Part shown: in pieces, positions 11,482 to 20,216 of the stretch
Layout of the letters: every line of letters starts with the position of its first letter
How positions within the stretch are numbered: position 1 is the stretch's first letter
Assembly: GCA_017509045.1 (NCBI GenBank)
Contig: JAFWQP010000044.1
Span: forward strand, 1,499-65,498
Direction of reading: 5' to 3'
DNA: 64,000 nt
Source: Bacteroidales bacterium
GTDB taxonomy: Bacteria; Bacteroidota; Bacteroidia; Bacteroidales; P3
Position numbers and translations under genes: made by a program
The notes under the pieces: generated by a model
The model's database searches: none
What the model was told of the DNA's origin: nothing
Seen by the model: only the letters and a program-made list of their open reading frames with translations

Positions 11482-12879
11482 ATGACCTCTTTTGCCTCGA
11501 TGTCAGCTTGGGGATGGCTGATTCAGTTCTTTATCATTGTCCTCGCCCTATTGCTTGCCAACCTTATTCGCTGCAATGTGCCGCTGTTCAAACGCAGTTT
11601 GTTGCCTTCGGCGTTGTTGGCAGGTCTCATCATCCTTTGCTTGAAACCTTTCGGCTTCTTTGCCGAGCTGGTTAACAAGCCCTCCATGGAGATTATCACC
11701 TACCACGCCTTGGGTCTTGGCTTCGTCGCCATGGCTTTGAAAAACAAGAAAATCAAGAGTTCTACCACCACGATGAAGGTGGTGGAAACGGGTGCCGTCA
11801 CTGCCAGTTCCTACATTATTCAAGGCTTTGTAGGACTGCTGATTACCATTCCTCTATTCCTCCTATGGAACAACCGCGACTTCTTCTATGCCTCGGGTCT
11901 TTTGCTACCTATGGGTTATGGTCAGGGTCCTGGACAGGCCTTGAATTTCGGTGTCACCTACAGCCAGTGGGCATCGTCGCAGGGCATCAGCTTCCATGGT
12001 GCCGATTTTGGCCTTAGCATTGCTGCCACAGGCTTCATCGTGGGCAGCCTTGTGGGTGTGATATATATGAACATCTTGCGTCGCAAAGGCAAACTTAAGA
12101 TGAAAGGGGACAGCTACCGCGAGGTGTATACCCTCGAAGATTATGAGTCGGAGAACGAAATCCCGCACGCTGAATCTATCGACAAGCTCACCGTGCAGAT
12201 TAGCTTGGTGTTGATGGTCTATTTCTTGGTGTTCCTATTGATGTTTGGAGTGGAGAAACTCGATCTCGGCAACTTCGGCACCAAGACGCTCAAACCCATG
12301 GTATGGGGCTTCAACTTCTTGTGGGGTACGCTGCTAGGTGTGCTGGTCAAAATGGTTATCAACCGCCTGCGCAAACACCATTGGATGGAACGCGAGTATA
12401 TCAACAACTACACCCTCGACCGCATCGCGGGCACCTGCTTCGACTTTATGATTGTCGCGGGCACCGCCGCCATCGACTTCAACAACCTCCGCGGCATTTG
12501 GATGCCCTTGCTCCTTGTCTGCACCTTGGGTGCCTTGGTCACCTTTATTTATGTCAAGATTTGTGCCAAACATCTTTATCCCGAATATGAGTATGAGGGC
12601 TTCTTCTCCATGTTCGGCATGCTCACGGGTACCGCTAGCAATGGTATGATACTCCTCCGCGAGATTGACCCCAAGTTTGAGACTCCAGCCGCCAACAACC
12701 TTGTGTTGCAGACTATCCCCGCCATCGCCTTTGGCTTCCCCGTGCTGCTGCTCATGGGCTTCGGTCCGCAGAGCATGAAGGCATGCCTCATCACCCTCGG
12801 CATCCTCGCTGTGGCCTTCATCGCCTTTGTTTTGTTCATCTTTAGGAAGAAGATATTCTGCAAGAAAGCTAGGCGTTAG
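11482..12879 (+). CDS. Sodium/glutamate symporter (GltS-like) family transporter
   Basis: 465-aa polytopic membrane protein. The C-terminal FGMLTGTASNGMILLREIDPKF segment resembles the GltS FGLGATPTAIANM re-entrant region as I recall it. Confidence 0.55.
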   Translation: MTSFASMSAWGWLIQFFIIVLALLLANLIRCNVPLFKRSLLPSALLAGLIILCLKPFGFFAELVNKPSMEIITYHALGLGFVAMALKNKKIKSSTTTMKVVETGAVTASSYIIQGFVGLLITIPLFLLWNNRDFFYASGLLLPMGYGQGPGQALNFGVTYSQWASSQGISFHGADFGLSIAATGFIVGSLVGVIYMNILRRKGKLKMKGDSYREVYTLEDYESENEIPHAESIDKLTVQISLVLMVYFLVFLLMFGVEKLDLGNFGTKTLKPMVWGFNFLWGTLLGVLVKMVINRLRKHHWMEREYINNYTLDRIAGTCFDFMIVAGTAAIDFNNLRGIWMPLLLVCTLGALVTFIYVKICAKHLYPEYEYEGFFSMFGMLTGTASNGMILLREIDPKFETPAANNLVLQTIPAIAFGFPVLLLMGFGPQSMKACLITLGILAVAFIAFVLFIFRKKIFCKKARR

Positions 12880-13042
12880 CCAGATTAGTTTAGGCAACCT
12901 ATAATTATTACTTTCGAACACGAATAGCACGAATCTAACGAATTGATGGTTTGAATCTTCATGCAAGCATGATAACGAATAAAACGAATTTTTAGAAGTC
13001 CTCTTCTATTAGTTTGTTTTGCCCAATAAATACATTACCAAT

Positions 13043-14404
13043 ATGAAACGTTTCAAATTATTTCTTTTAGTTTTTACTTTTTATTTTTTAGTTTCTTCCG
13101 TTTCCACCGCCTTTGCCCAGGACAGTGCCAACGTGCGCCGTGGCTGGACATTCGGTGTCCTGCCTAGCTTTGCTTACGATGCCGACCTCGGTTTGCAGTT
13201 GGGCTTGCTGTCCAACGTCTATTATTTCGGTGACGGTGCCGTCTACCCCGATTATTACCATTCCTTCTATGTCGAGGCTGCCACCACCTCCAAGCACTAC
13301 GGTCTCTACCGTTTAGCGTATGATTCCAAGTACCTTATCCCCAATCATCGTCTGAGTATTGACCTCACCTACCTGCCCGATAAGATGTGCGACTTCTACG
13401 GCTTTAACGGCTATCCGTCCTACTACATTTCAGAATATGCCAATTCCTCCAGCGACCAATATTTGACCCGTGCCTACTACAAGTTCCAGCGCGACATGTT
13501 CCGCTTCAGTGCCGACTTGCAGGGCACAATCAGCAAGCCGTGGTTCTGGAATGTCGGAATAGGACTGCTGCACTATAATGTGGGCAGTGTGGATGTGGCA
13601 AGTCTGAATAAGTACACCAAGAAGGATGAGGATAAATTGCCAGAGAATGCCCCCACACTATACGACCAGTATGTGTCATGGGGATTTATCTCTCCTGCCG
13701 AGGCCAATGGCGGCTCCCATCCCTATCTTCACGGTGGTGTCACTTTCGACACCCGCGACCGTCAGCAGAACCCCCGTCGCGGCATCCACGCTGATGCGTT
13801 CCTTACCTATTATGCCGGACTTGGCGACATGGCCGACTACAATAATGTCAAGTTCAACGCCGCTTGGCGGCACTATGTGCCTATTCTTCCCAATCGTCTC
13901 ACTTTTGCCTATCGTTTTGGCACACAATTGAACTTGGCGGGCAACAGCCCCTTCTACCTCAACACCTACCTCAACCAGCTCTATATGCAGCGTGTTATCT
14001 ATGAGGGATTGGGAGGTGCCAATTCTGTCCGAGGCATCCTGCGCAACCGTATCGTTGCCCCTGGTGTAGCCTTTGCCAATGTCGAGTTTCGTGTGCAGGT
14101 GGCACATTTCAAAGTTGGCAAGGAGAATTTCTACATCGGTCTCAATCCCTTTATGGACGCCGGTATGGTTGTGCAGCCGACCGCTTGTCGTGTGATGAAG
14201 GATCCTCTTGTGTTTGATATAACAGATCCAGAATCCAACATCGACGAAAGCCGTCTCTACGCTCCCCACCTCTCCGCTGGCTGCGGCCTTAAGGTGGCGA
14301 TGAACGACAACTTCGTCCTCAGCGTCGATTGGGCCACCGCCCTCGACGAGCAGGACAATTCCAAGTTCAGCAACCTCTATATCAAGATGGGGTACATGTT
14401 TTAA
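13043..14404 (+). CDS. Outer-membrane beta-barrel protein (Omp85/surface-antigen-like)
   Basis: Signal peptide (FLVSSVSTAFAQ), alternating aromatic beta-strand pattern, and a terminal ...YIKMGYMF. Start taken at the ATG at 13043, since the track start at 13019 is a TTG. Confidence 0.5.
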   Translation: MKRFKLFLLVFTFYFLVSSVSTAFAQDSANVRRGWTFGVLPSFAYDADLGLQLGLLSNVYYFGDGAVYPDYYHSFYVEAATTSKHYGLYRLAYDSKYLIPNHRLSIDLTYLPDKMCDFYGFNGYPSYYISEYANSSSDQYLTRAYYKFQRDMFRFSADLQGTISKPWFWNVGIGLLHYNVGSVDVASLNKYTKKDEDKLPENAPTLYDQYVSWGFISPAEANGGSHPYLHGGVTFDTRDRQQNPRRGIHADAFLTYYAGLGDMADYNNVKFNAAWRHYVPILPNRLTFAYRFGTQLNLAGNSPFYLNTYLNQLYMQRVIYEGLGGANSVRGILRNRIVAPGVAFANVEFRVQVAHFKVGKENFYIGLNPFMDAGMVVQPTACRVMKDPLVFDITDPESNIDESRLYAPHLSAGCGLKVAMNDNFVLSVDWATALDEQDNSKFSNLYIKMGYMF

Positions 14405-14515
14405 ATTGAGAATTGAGAGTTGAGAAGGACATACCCCGCCACTATCGTGGCACCCCTCTCAAGAGGGGACGGGTGCGGCAGCCAAATTTTCAATTTTCAA
14501 TTTTCAATTAATAAT
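14404..14515 (+). repeat. Composite dispersed repeat: GAGAATT heptamer arm, GC-rich hairpin core, TTTTCAA heptamer arm
   Basis: aattgagaattgagagttgagaa (14404-14426), core with cccctc tcaa gagggg (14453-14468) and gggtgcggcagcc, then aaattttcaattttcaattttcaatt (14485-14510). Confidence 0.85.
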
Positions 14516-14520
14516 CGCCT

Positions 14521-15381
14521 ATGTCCTCCAAGGAAATCCCTTATTGGATTAAGGTGCCTGCCTATGGCATTTGCGCCATCAATAGTCTGGTACTGCTAGT
14601 CTTTATGGTCGACTGGCTCTTCTGCGAGGTAGACCTCTTCGGGCTTATTTGGATGTTGTCGGCCTTTGTGTTGTTATGGTCGGTGCCACTAGGTCTAATA
14701 ATATTCATCTATTCCCTGTTCCACCTACGGCAGCGGACAGGTAGGCGTATAGCCCTATGGAATGTGCTGATGGCGGTGGTCGCCTGCGTGACGTTATGGT
14801 TGCTCCCGCAGGGCCTTTCGCGTGTCCCCGCCAAGATGGAGCGACACTGTCTCAAATACGAGTCCACCATGCTCTCGGTTGCCAACCAGCTCTACGACCT
14901 CATGCCCGACAGCACCATGCTGGTATACACTCAGAAAGGCGAGGCTACGCTCCACAGCATTGACTCTCTCAATAACATTTTTGGATACCCATTCGTGGCC
15001 GATACCGACACCTTTGACGCGTCAGCCATCCCCTCTTTAGAGGGGTACCGCAAAGCGGGGGGGTATGTCTCCTCAACTCTCAATTCTCAATTATTAAAAT
15101 CCCTCCATTGCAAGAAACTGACCATCTACAAGCCCACAGGTCTGGCAACCTTCGACTATCTCTATAGTGGTTGGTCCAGATACTGGTTTGAGGTGTCGCT
15201 TAACCCCTATACAGAAGAGGCCCGACAGCGGCAGCTGGACACCTACAACGTCATCCCTTTCTCTTCCCACGTCTGCTTCCGCTTCGACGGCGGTGCTACC
15301 GACCACGATGGCCCCTTCCCCTACAAGGAGAAGTATTTGGAGGCAACATCAATCAAACACAGCCCTGAAAAGGCAAAATAA
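14521..15381 (+). CDS. Membrane protein of unknown function
   Basis: 286 aa with about 4 N-terminal TM segments. The reading frame runs straight through a repeat copy at 15021-15092. Confidence 0.5.
   Translation: MSSKEIPYWIKVPAYGICAINSLVLLVFMVDWLFCEVDLFGLIWMLSAFVLLWSVPLGLIIFIYSLFHLRQRTGRRIALWNVLMAVVACVTLWLLPQGLSRVPAKMERHCLKYESTMLSVANQLYDLMPDSTMLVYTQKGEATLHSIDSLNNIFGYPFVADTDTFDASAIPSLEGYRKAGGYVSSTLNSQLLKSLHCKKLTIYKPTGLATFDYLYSGWSRYWFEVSLNPYTEEARQRQLDTYNVIPFSSHVCFRFDGGATDHDGPFPYKEKYLEATSIKHSPEKAK
15021..15092 (+). repeat. Intragenic copy of the composite repeat (hairpin core plus AATTCTC heptamers)
   Basis: gtcagccatcccctctttagaggggtaccgcaaagcgggggggtatgtctcc followed by aactctcaattctcaatt. 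Roughly 85% identical by eye to 33079-33139. Confidence 0.8.
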
Positions 15382-15392
15382 TACGTGTATTC

Positions 15393-17501
15393 TCACTCGT
15401 CCTGTACAAGCCGTACCGACAGGCGTGTCAGCCGCTCTAAAGGGAGGATGAAACCAAGGTCGCCGAAACGGAAACAATAGCCCATCGCGTTGCGCTTATC
15501 ATATTGGATGGTAGTCCAATAATATCCTAAACCTTCATTCCATTCATACGGTTGCCTATATGCAAACTTTTTAGCCCATTCTCTTTTTTGTCTAATTCCG
15601 CCTGGCGTTTCCCCATCTATGTGTGAAGTTCCATAATCACCATAGTGGACACCTTCGGCTGGATTAGTATGGTCTACCCCGCCATTAGCTTGTTCCGCCA
15701 TCAGGCTCACTGGCGCAGCCGTTTCAGCACGGTCTGCAAATCCTGTGTTAATTCCCACCACCTCCATTTCGGCAGTCTGTGGTACTCCATAGTAATAATT
15801 GTTCAGTTTGGCATACCCTGCACAAGGCAGAAACACAGCACCCTCCCGCTCTATCTCAGTCCATTTGGCCGACGAGAACACGGGTATCATCCCCTGTTGC
15901 AACGTGTCGCCACCCTTCTCCAACCAATCGTCGGGTAGCAACAAGATGCCTTGATGGTCATTTATCAAGGCGGGCGACATCAGTAGCTGCGCATTGGGTC
16001 GACGCATCAGCAGATACGCCCACTCATTCACCGACAGCGTCCGCCACTGTCCTGCACGTTTGCCTCCGTTACTGATGGCATTGTACACTCCCCAGTCGTA
16101 ACTCGTCCTATCAATATTTCGCTTGCCATTCCCATAATTCATATTTTGTAGGGAGAAGTAGTACGATGGCCTGTTGCGGTAGCCGCTGGTGCCAAATGCA
16201 AACAAATCTATCCAACCCGCGTAATGCTCACCGTAATAGAAATTGTCGTATCCGATAACATCGTACTGATTCTCGGCAAAGCGCCACTGGTCCGCCACCG
16301 CATTGTACTGTAGGTTGCCCTTTGAGAAACGCACCCGCTGCGTGGGCGACACGCTGAACAGCCCCTCCAACGCCCCGTTGGCAAGCCGTGCCATGCTCTC
16401 CGTGGTCATTGACGAGTATGCCCTGCCTTCCGCCAACGAGTCCATTACATACTGGTTGGGCATCCAACCTGTAGCAGGAATGCTGTCGGCAGACAATACC
16501 AACCGGAACCCCAACACACTCAACTTCGTATTCGGCTGCCAGAAGTTGCGGTACGACACCCGCGCATCCCCTTCCACATCGGCCCACGAGCCTCCGCGTC
16601 CCACCTTCGTCACCCCGCTGACAGGGCCATTAGGCGATGCCGTCTCGAGAATGCACTCCACGATGGAACGCTCCTCTCCAATATTTACCAGATAGTCGCT
16701 CAACTGCTGCCGTCCCTGCACCGTAGGCGGAACATTGTAGTTCGATGCCACATCTCTGACGTATGCGTCTTCAGCATACCAGTCGCTGCACCACTCCCAC
16801 ACATTGCCTGTCATGTCGTACAGACCCAACTCGTTGGGCACCAAACCGCCCACTATATGTGTCGAATCCCCGCTATTAATCTGTGTCCACGACACATGCA
16901 TCAACTCATCCGAACCCGCAAAGGTCGTACTCTTAGCCTCCTTACCTCCTCTGGCGGCATACTCCCACTCTGCCTCTGTCGGTAAGCGGAAAGGCAACCC
17001 CGTCAGTTCGCGTAGCCGACTGATGAAGGTCTGCACCTCGTCGTAGCTCACCTGCTCCACGGGAAGCTCTTCGCCCACAAAGTTCGACGGATTGTAGCCC
17101 ATCACCGCCGTCCACAACGCCTGTGTCACCTCATAGCGACCCATATAGAAACTGCCCACCGACACCCCATGCCGCGGCATCTCGTCGTTCTTGCCTATCA
17201 GACCATTCTTTCGCACTGTCACCTTATTCATCCCATAAACCCTCCTGCCCTCGGCAAACGCACTGGCGGACAAACTCCAAAACTCGGGGTCGCACCCCAT
17301 CATATACGAACCGCCCCTCACCAGCACCATCTCAAACTTCTCGCCCTTCACCTGCACGGGCATTGTCTCCAATCGCACCTTGTCAGTGCGCTCGCTGCGG
17401 GCTCTGTTGCGCTTTCTTCCGCCAAACAATCCTTGACCTTCAGCCTCCAAACCCGTTAATATCAAGGTCAGCAGACAAACAACCGTTGTAATCTTTTTCA
17501 T
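15393..17501 (-). CDS. Secreted FGE/SUMF1-domain protein with a ~400-aa C-terminal extension
   Basis: The N-terminal half carries FGE motifs (YEVTQALW, LPTEAEWEYAARGG, NELGLYDMTGNVWEWCSDW, GRGGSW). The C-terminal half has LPCAGY and GYYWTT motifs reminiscent of Fibrobacter-type paralogous (FISUMP-like) domains. Confidence 0.75.
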   Translation of the reverse strand: MKKITTVVCLLTLILTGLEAEGQGLFGGRKRNRARSERTDKVRLETMPVQVKGEKFEMVLVRGGSYMMGCDPEFWSLSASAFAEGRRVYGMNKVTVRKNGLIGKNDEMPRHGVSVGSFYMGRYEVTQALWTAVMGYNPSNFVGEELPVEQVSYDEVQTFISRLRELTGLPFRLPTEAEWEYAARGGKEAKSTTFAGSDELMHVSWTQINSGDSTHIVGGLVPNELGLYDMTGNVWEWCSDWYAEDAYVRDVASNYNVPPTVQGRQQLSDYLVNIGEERSIVECILETASPNGPVSGVTKVGRGGSWADVEGDARVSYRNFWQPNTKLSVLGFRLVLSADSIPATGWMPNQYVMDSLAEGRAYSSMTTESMARLANGALEGLFSVSPTQRVRFSKGNLQYNAVADQWRFAENQYDVIGYDNFYYGEHYAGWIDLFAFGTSGYRNRPSYYFSLQNMNYGNGKRNIDRTSYDWGVYNAISNGGKRAGQWRTLSVNEWAYLLMRRPNAQLLMSPALINDHQGILLLPDDWLEKGGDTLQQGMIPVFSSAKWTEIEREGAVFLPCAGYAKLNNYYYGVPQTAEMEVVGINTGFADRAETAAPVSLMAEQANGGVDHTNPAEGVHYGDYGTSHIDGETPGGIRQKREWAKKFAYRQPYEWNEGLGYYWTTIQYDKRNAMGYCFRFGDLGFILPLERLTRLSVRLVQDE

Positions 17502-17926
17502 TGTTTATTATTGTTTTGAATAGTGTTGCAAAAAAACTACTTTTTCCCGACATTTTGCGTTTTCTTCCAGCAATACTTCAGATTCTCCGCCCATCCCCCA
17601 ACTACATTTCTCCGTTCTATTCCTAACAATCAAAAAGACGTGAACTTCTTATGCGTTTACCAAGGCAGCGTAGGAATCTCGCCTTTTCTCCCAATAAGTA
17701 GTCCACGCCAATCTACGTGAACACTACTATCACTTTGGGAGAACGTTCCTACACTAGAGGAAGCCTCATCTTATTTCCGCGAGTTGTATCCTTAAGTTTC
17801 CTACGCTTTCGGTAAACGCGAAATAATAGTAATGCTGTTAATATTCAATATTCGTTGGCTCACCGCTCTCGTGAGCCGCTATGTCGGCAATGCCACATGC
17901 CTAACGGTACGTGCCGTTACCGCTTG

Positions 17927-17934
17927 CAAAAATA
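17927..17934 (-). promoter_or_regulatory. Candidate -7 box (TATTTTTG on the minus strand)
   Basis: Plus-strand caaaaata. It would give a ~420-nt leader for the gene starting at 17501. Confidence 0.3.
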
Positions 17935-18212
17935 CTAAAATTTCCCCACATGGCAAATAAAAAGAGTAGAGGTTATTTATTATTCGCTGTTGCTCAGTAC
18001 GGTATACTTTTTATGCTGCCTCTCTAACCCCCGTTTAAAAGTCTCAAAACAAACCAATCTCTCCCTTTGTGCCCTCACTCTCTGGTTTTCAAATAACCAA
18101 TAGGGTGTTGGTATGAGAAAAATGTCAAAACACATTGCATGTAAAATCTAAAATCTTTGCAGCTATTTTATCTGTTTTTTGCAATGCATTCGGTTATACC
18201 GTCATGCAAAAA

Positions 18213-18370
18213 GTGTTCACTGTTCACTGTGTAATGCATATGTTTTTTTGCGCAATATGGGTATATTACTATATAAGATATTAATTATTAATTAATTATA
18301 TTAATAATTCTATATTATCTACCTATCAAAAAACCAAAATTCATTGCATTGTACAGTGAACAGTGAACAC
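18213..18370. repeat. 18-bp perfect inverted repeat flanking an AT-rich core
   Basis: gtgttcactgttcactgt (18213-18230) against acagtgaacagtgaacac (18353-18370). Adjacent taatgca/tgcattgta extend the match, and the core contains attaattattaattaattatattaat. Confidence 0.8.
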
Positions 18371-18491
18371 CTGAAAGTATGTAACTGTTGATCATTGTGT
18401 TTGCCCTGAAATTTGTGAGATGGGGTGTGAAATGGGAGTGAACAGTGGTCTCACACCTATTGTTATTGTTATTGTCATCGGGTGCCACTTT

Positions 18492-18522
18492 GGTGCCACT
18501 TTTTTTTCTCAAAAGTGGCACC
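18492..18522. repeat. Perfect 12-bp stem hairpin
   Basis: ggtgccactttt (18492-18503), a 7-nt loop, then aaaagtggcacc (18511-18522). The left arm is also directly duplicated at 18481. Confidence 0.7.
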
Positions 18523-18569
18523 CTAATTATGGGCTTTTTCGGTATAATATAATAGACGGTCGTCTCTGT

Positions 18570-18653
18570 TCTGCCTTCGCTCTGCCTTCGCTTTGCCTTC
18601 GCTCTGCCTCCACTCTTAAAGTGGAGGCAAGGTGGAGGCAAGGTGGAGGCAAG
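18570..18653 (+). repeat. Two opposed arrays of 11-bp tandem repeats forming a long hairpin
   Basis: Four copies of t[ct]tgcct[tc]c[ga]c (18570-18613), loop tcttaaa, then three copies of gtggaggcaag (18621-18653). Confidence 0.85.
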
Positions 18654-18717
18654 GCGTATCTAAAATGGGAGGAAACAGCTCTCAACATCACCTACCCGTT
18701 TGTCGGATGAACCATTA

Positions 18718-18911
18718 TCCCAAATCGGTCATTAGACCGACTTTTGGCTTAAATTCACTTTTTTAGGTCTGTTCATGGCATCTCAGCATTTCTTCCGGCC
18801 GCTTGTCCACATCGCTGTCTCGCCGTAGCCCGCTACGCCTTCGCCAGCGATGTGGCCAATCTGCTCGGAACGAATACTAATCTGCCATAAACCCTAATGA
18901 CCGATTTGGGA
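18718..18911. mobile_element. MITE-like non-autonomous element, 194 bp, 18-bp perfect terminal inverted repeats, TTA target duplication
   Basis: tcccaaatcggtcattag (18718-18735) against ctaatgaccgatttggga (18894-18911), flanked by tta at 18715-18717 and 18912-18914. The interior is itself an imperfect palindrome (ccacatcgctg ... cagcgatgtgg). Confidence 0.7.
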
Positions 18912-18954
18912 TTATTTGTGATTCGCTGGCGTAGTATGGGTATGTCATCTTGTA

Positions 18955-20178
18955 TCACATTTCTTCCTCATCCATGTCGTCGTGGCTGGGGTGGGTGAGG
19001 GCGCCGAAGCTGATGGTGTCGTCGCCGAAACGCTTGTTGAGTTCGTCGGCCACCTGCATCAGTTTGCGTCGGCGTTCGTCTTGGGGTTCGGTGAAGAGGT
19101 CGAGCTGCATGCCTTGTTCTTCGCTGATGTCGGTGAGGATGACGCCTGCCTGCTTGTAGAGGAAGCCTTGGCGGTAGAGCTGCTGTAGTGCGGCGAGGGC
19201 GGCTTTGATGATGGTAGGGGTGTCGGCGGTAGGGGAGGGGAGTTTGACGCTGCCGCTGTTGCGGTATTGTGCCAGGTCGTCGCGGTGGCGGTTGGTGGAG
19301 AGGAATACTGTCACCGCGCGGCACACGCTGTGCTGCTGCCGCAGATGTGCGGCACAGGCGGTGGCAAAGGTGCGGATGTACTGCTCGAGGTCGTCGAGGT
19401 GGTCGGTCATGTAGACGAAGGTACGGCTCTGCATGATGCTGCGCTGCTGTGCGGGGCGGTGGAGGTCGATGGAGGGAATGCCCTGTAGTTCGCGCCATGT
19501 GCGTATGCCGGCGATGGTGAAGAGCGACTCGATGTCCTTCTCATCGCAGTCGACGAAGTCTTGCGCGGTGCGAATGCCGCGGTCCTGTAGTTTCTTGCGG
19601 TTTTTGCGTCCGATGCCCCATACGTCGGCGATGTCGAGCATGGAGAGGGCTTTGTGGCGATTCTCGGGCGTGAGGACACAGATGCCGTTGTAGCCTTTGT
19701 AGTGCTTGGCATAGTGTGTGGCGACCTTGGCGAGGGTGTAGCTCTGCGAGCATCCGCAGCTGACGGGGATGCCGGTGGTGGAGGTTATCATCTCCTTTAC
19801 CTTGCGGGCGTAGAGACGTACCTCGTCGGGCTCTTCTACGGGCAGTGAGCCGAAGAACTCGTCGACGGAGTATTGCACGAAATCGAGCACGATGGCTTGC
19901 CGCTGCACCGCCTCCATGATTTGGCGCGAGATGCGGCGATACTTCTTGTGGTCGACGGGGCAGATGACCACGTTGTTGATCCGTATGAGGTTGCGTACCT
20001 TGAAGAGGGGTATGCCGCGTTTGAGTCCTAGCGCCTTAGCCTCGGCGGTGAGTGCGAGGATGATGCCTCCGCCAGCCTCGTTGTCGTTGGCAACCACCAC
20101 GGGTTTGCCCTCCAACCCTGGGCGGGTGGCGACTTCGCACGAGGCGAAATAACTATTGCAGTCGATGTGCAGGTACAT
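18955..20178 (-). CDS. Y-family DNA polymerase (UmuC/DinB-like)
   Basis: MYLHIDCNSYFASCEVA and the overall palm/finger/little-finger layout. I chose the ATG at 20178 because a -7 box overlaps the TTG at 20211. Confidence 0.88.
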   Translation of the reverse strand: MYLHIDCNSYFASCEVATRPGLEGKPVVVANDNEAGGGIILALTAEAKALGLKRGIPLFKVRNLIRINNVVICPVDHKKYRRISRQIMEAVQRQAIVLDFVQYSVDEFFGSLPVEEPDEVRLYARKVKEMITSTTGIPVSCGCSQSYTLAKVATHYAKHYKGYNGICVLTPENRHKALSMLDIADVWGIGRKNRKKLQDRGIRTAQDFVDCDEKDIESLFTIAGIRTWRELQGIPSIDLHRPAQQRSIMQSRTFVYMTDHLDDLEQYIRTFATACAAHLRQQHSVCRAVTVFLSTNRHRDDLAQYRNSGSVKLPSPTADTPTIIKAALAALQQLYRQGFLYKQAGVILTDISEEQGMQLDLFTEPQDERRRKLMQVADELNKRFGDDTISFGALTHPSHDDMDEEEM

Positions 20179-20208
20179 AGGGCGAGCGTGTGGTGTGCTA
20201 TCGGGATG

Positions 20209-20216
20209 CAAAAATA
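20209..20216 (-). promoter_or_regulatory. -7 promoter box (TATTTTTG on the minus strand) for the Y-family polymerase
   Basis: Plus-strand caaaaata, about 30 nt upstream of the ATG at 20178. Confidence 0.5.

Noticed and set aside
18570-18653. Possible CRISPR array (also considered for 34764-34829 and 21801-21836)
   Set aside because: The repeat units are 9-11 bp and directly abutting, with no spacers. No cas genes are in the window.
18315-18710. 108-aa and 96-aa ORFs in the spacer
   Set aside because: Both are read through the 11-bp tandem arrays and hairpins (poly-Asn, AKAKRR runs) and overlap each other on opposite strands. They are almost certainly non-coding.
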